NCBI GenBank assembly: GCA_043228905.1
Contig: JBHGNT010000005.1
Span: 2,418,001-2,482,000 of the forward strand
Direction of reading: 5' to 3'
Source of the DNA: Azolla caroliniana
Taxonomy: Eukaryota; Plantae; Polypodiophyta
DNA length: 64,000 bases
The position numbers were made by a program, and so were the translations under genes. Below, piece after piece: positions 61,401 to 64,000 of the stretch; the first letter of the stretch is position 1, and the number at the start of each line of letters is the position of its first letter. The notes below the pieces were generated by a model that was not told the origin of the DNA, made no database searches, and saw nothing but the letters and a program-made list of their open reading frames with translations.

Positions 61401-62013
61401 ACACGATTACACAAAGCTAATAATCTTTTTACGCTACCTGACAAATATCAATGATTTGACTAATGTTAAACCTTAGCCCACACCTTTGGGGTACTTGGTT
61501 ACAACTACTCAATCATGTAGAGTATGAATAAGCAAGTTGAACAATTCAACTCAAATGGGAAAAACTTAGTCATTAAATTCTTCCTAAATTATACACAAAC
61601 TCAATGAATGGAAAATAGCTTTCCCAGTTTGTTTGATGGGCAGATACATATTCTCTCTTCATTTCTTATAGCAAGTCATTAACACTTTTTGTTTAACAAT
61701 CGGCCTCAAAATGTTGTCCACATTAAACTTCAATTTAGTGTCTAGTCTTGCAAAAAAACTAGTCTACATCTATCCTATGAAATGAGCATTAGTTTTAGGC
61801 AATAGTTCCTAGTAACCCATGAATGTGGAATATATGTTAAATAAGCAAATAGGCTACATAGTTAACATTGTGCTATGTAACATTGAGTATAAGGTCTAAC
61901 TACTGTAAATCCATGGACAAGCTTTACCATTTTGGATGGGCGAAGGTTGCAACAATCCAATTTCTCAAGGGTAAGGTTGCCCAATGGAGACCATGTGGTC
62001 ATAGTTTCAACCC

Positions 62014-62137
62014 CTACATTCCACAGTGGCATCTAGTGAAATAAGAGATATCTATGGAGTAATAGAGAGGTGAGGAAATTGGGTTTTGAACCCAAGATGT
62101 AGTGATAGTAGTGTAAATGACTTACCACTAGGGTAAG
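62014..62137 (-). mobile_element. tRNA-derived SINE-like repeat, copy 2
   Basis: Minus strand CCCTAGTGGTAAG and GGGTTCAAAAC; shares CTACATTCCACAGTGGCATCTAGTGAA with copy 1. Confidence 0.55.
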
Positions 62138-64000
62138 TTAAAAAGAGAGAATTTTAGGCTTAAGGGAGAAAAAAAGAAAGAAAAGATCAAATTTGACAAG
62201 AAAGTTAAGAAGATTGAGAAGGCCAAAAAAGATTTAAATGTGACCATTATAACAAAAAGTGTTGACTCCTTTCATATTGGCCATAAGGCTTAAGCTCTAG
62301 AACTAACTCTATTATGTCCTGTTTTTTTGGTACCACACTTATGCCCTTAATATCAATGACAATAGCTCATTGGACCTTGGTCATGCTATATATGGCATAT
62401 TACGCTATCCCAAAGAAAAACTTATGGTGACAAGGTGGAAACCTAGCATGGAGAGAAGCAAGAAAGGGACACAAAAAACTGAAGAAAAAGGTGAAGAAAA
62501 CAAAAGGGATCAAGGGCACTTACATAGCTTGTTATACCAACCCAATGGTGGAGTAATGATATGCTATTAGGGGCCACACCATAATTAAGAAAGAGCATAG
62601 GATGTTAGAATGTGGTTGGAAAGTGAAACACGTCTACATAGTTGTAGGAAGAGGCTGTAAAATATCAATCAAAAGAAGTTAATGAATACTCTCAGAAACA
62701 TATACGGCATGTCATAAAGACGAAGAACCAAGTTTGGGTGAACATCCCAATAAAGTTGTGTTATGTTCGTATGTGAATTGTGAGGGGCAATAATGGCGTG
62801 GTTTCATTTGGACACATAGGGCCGCATATCAAGTTCAAGTTCAGTAATGCATGTGTGTGTTAAAAGGATCCTAGGTCAATATGGGTGAATAGAGTCTAAG
62901 GAAGTAACTTTGGGTAAAATCCGAGTAAAATGATTTGATGGCTTTATGGTAATGTTTGTGGCTAGATATAATCATGCACTGTTCATTGTTCAAGCACACC
63001 TCGAGCCTGGAACAAGTTGGTTCAAAGTACATAGAATATGCCAATCATGTGTTGTGTGTAGGTCATAAGGGGCTCTGAGAAGCAATTTAGCTATATATAT
63101 CGTGGCTAAACCCTTCAGAAAGATCTTGTTGATCTAGCAAGGGAGCAATTTAGCAATGGCAACTTTATTAAAGCAACATGGTTTCAATGCCACGTATTTT
63201 TTCCATGGGTTTCCACAAAAGATAATATTCACATGTTTCTTCATCATGAAATTGCTTTGTACATATGGATAAATTATCAAAGTTCTAATCATCCCTTAAA
63301 ACTTAATTTCTTAATCTTCGTTGCAATTAGTGTATGTGTAAAAAAAGTATGATCTCTCAAGTATCTTGTTTTGTTTTCAATGGGTCATGATATAATTGGC
63401 CCATGTATTTGCTTTTGATGCACATCCCAATTTTGACTTTGTCATAATTCAATACATTAGTAGATACTTGAGGGTATTTCTCAACCCTTTAAATAAAGTT
63501 TGAAAAACAGCTCATATGCTTCCATATGTTGGGCATTCCACACAGAATGCTTACCTCTTTTTGGCCTATTAAGATCAGATAGATTGAATGTTCATGATTT
63601 CTAATGAATCTGTTGTCAACCCTTGACACTTTAACAAAGTACTATACAAGCAAACATATAGTTTAAATGAAAGCATCGAGGCATCCCACAGTTGGATCAT
63701 CATCACTTTGATTGCCTTAAGATACCAAAAACAAAAAACCTATCCCTTTTGGAATGTCTCGCATATGAGTATATAAGGCATGATTTTCCAAAATTATTGC
63801 TAGGATGTACAAAAATTCCTAACTCTATTCTTGGTCTTTGCATGTTTTCTTAACGACAAGCCAAAATCATGGAAGTTTGAAATATAAACTTAACGACTAG
63901 CTTGCTTTTTCATTTCCTTTTTTAGACACCGTCACCTATGCAATTGGAGAGAATGTTTCAGTTGTTATTAACCCCATGGCTCATTTTGGAGCCTATAGAC

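Overview
Repeat-rich plant nuclear DNA; the element types and PLS-type PPR debris suggest a seed-free plant such as a fern (inference). Two host genes are recognisable: an intronless CYP86-clan cytochrome P450 (114-2333, minus) with a ~170-aa insertion, and an ELF4-like gene (54762-55211, minus) with a 5'-UTR intron. The centre is a four-layer nest resolved by target-site duplications (TSDs). A LINE 3' remnant was hit by gypsy element A (16011-35510, TSD GTTGT). A was hit by RT-less copia element B (16830-33760, TSD CTTTC). B was hit by young gypsy element C (18274-25652, 4-bp TSD ACGC) and young copia element D (27065-32436, TSD GAGCA). C is the most unusual: its LTRs contain a tRNA-like Pol III cassette and a 23-bp tandem array, it has a tRNA-Trp primer-binding site (PBS), and pol is reachable by a -1 frameshift after the protease. 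A's LTRs carry a heat-shock-element array. The rest comprises three hAT-type non-autonomous elements with 8-bp TSDs, many LINE 3' fragments, scrambled LTR remnants, a PPR/plastid-HSP70 fragment mosaic, a tRNA-derived SINE-like pair, tandem repeats and microsatellites.
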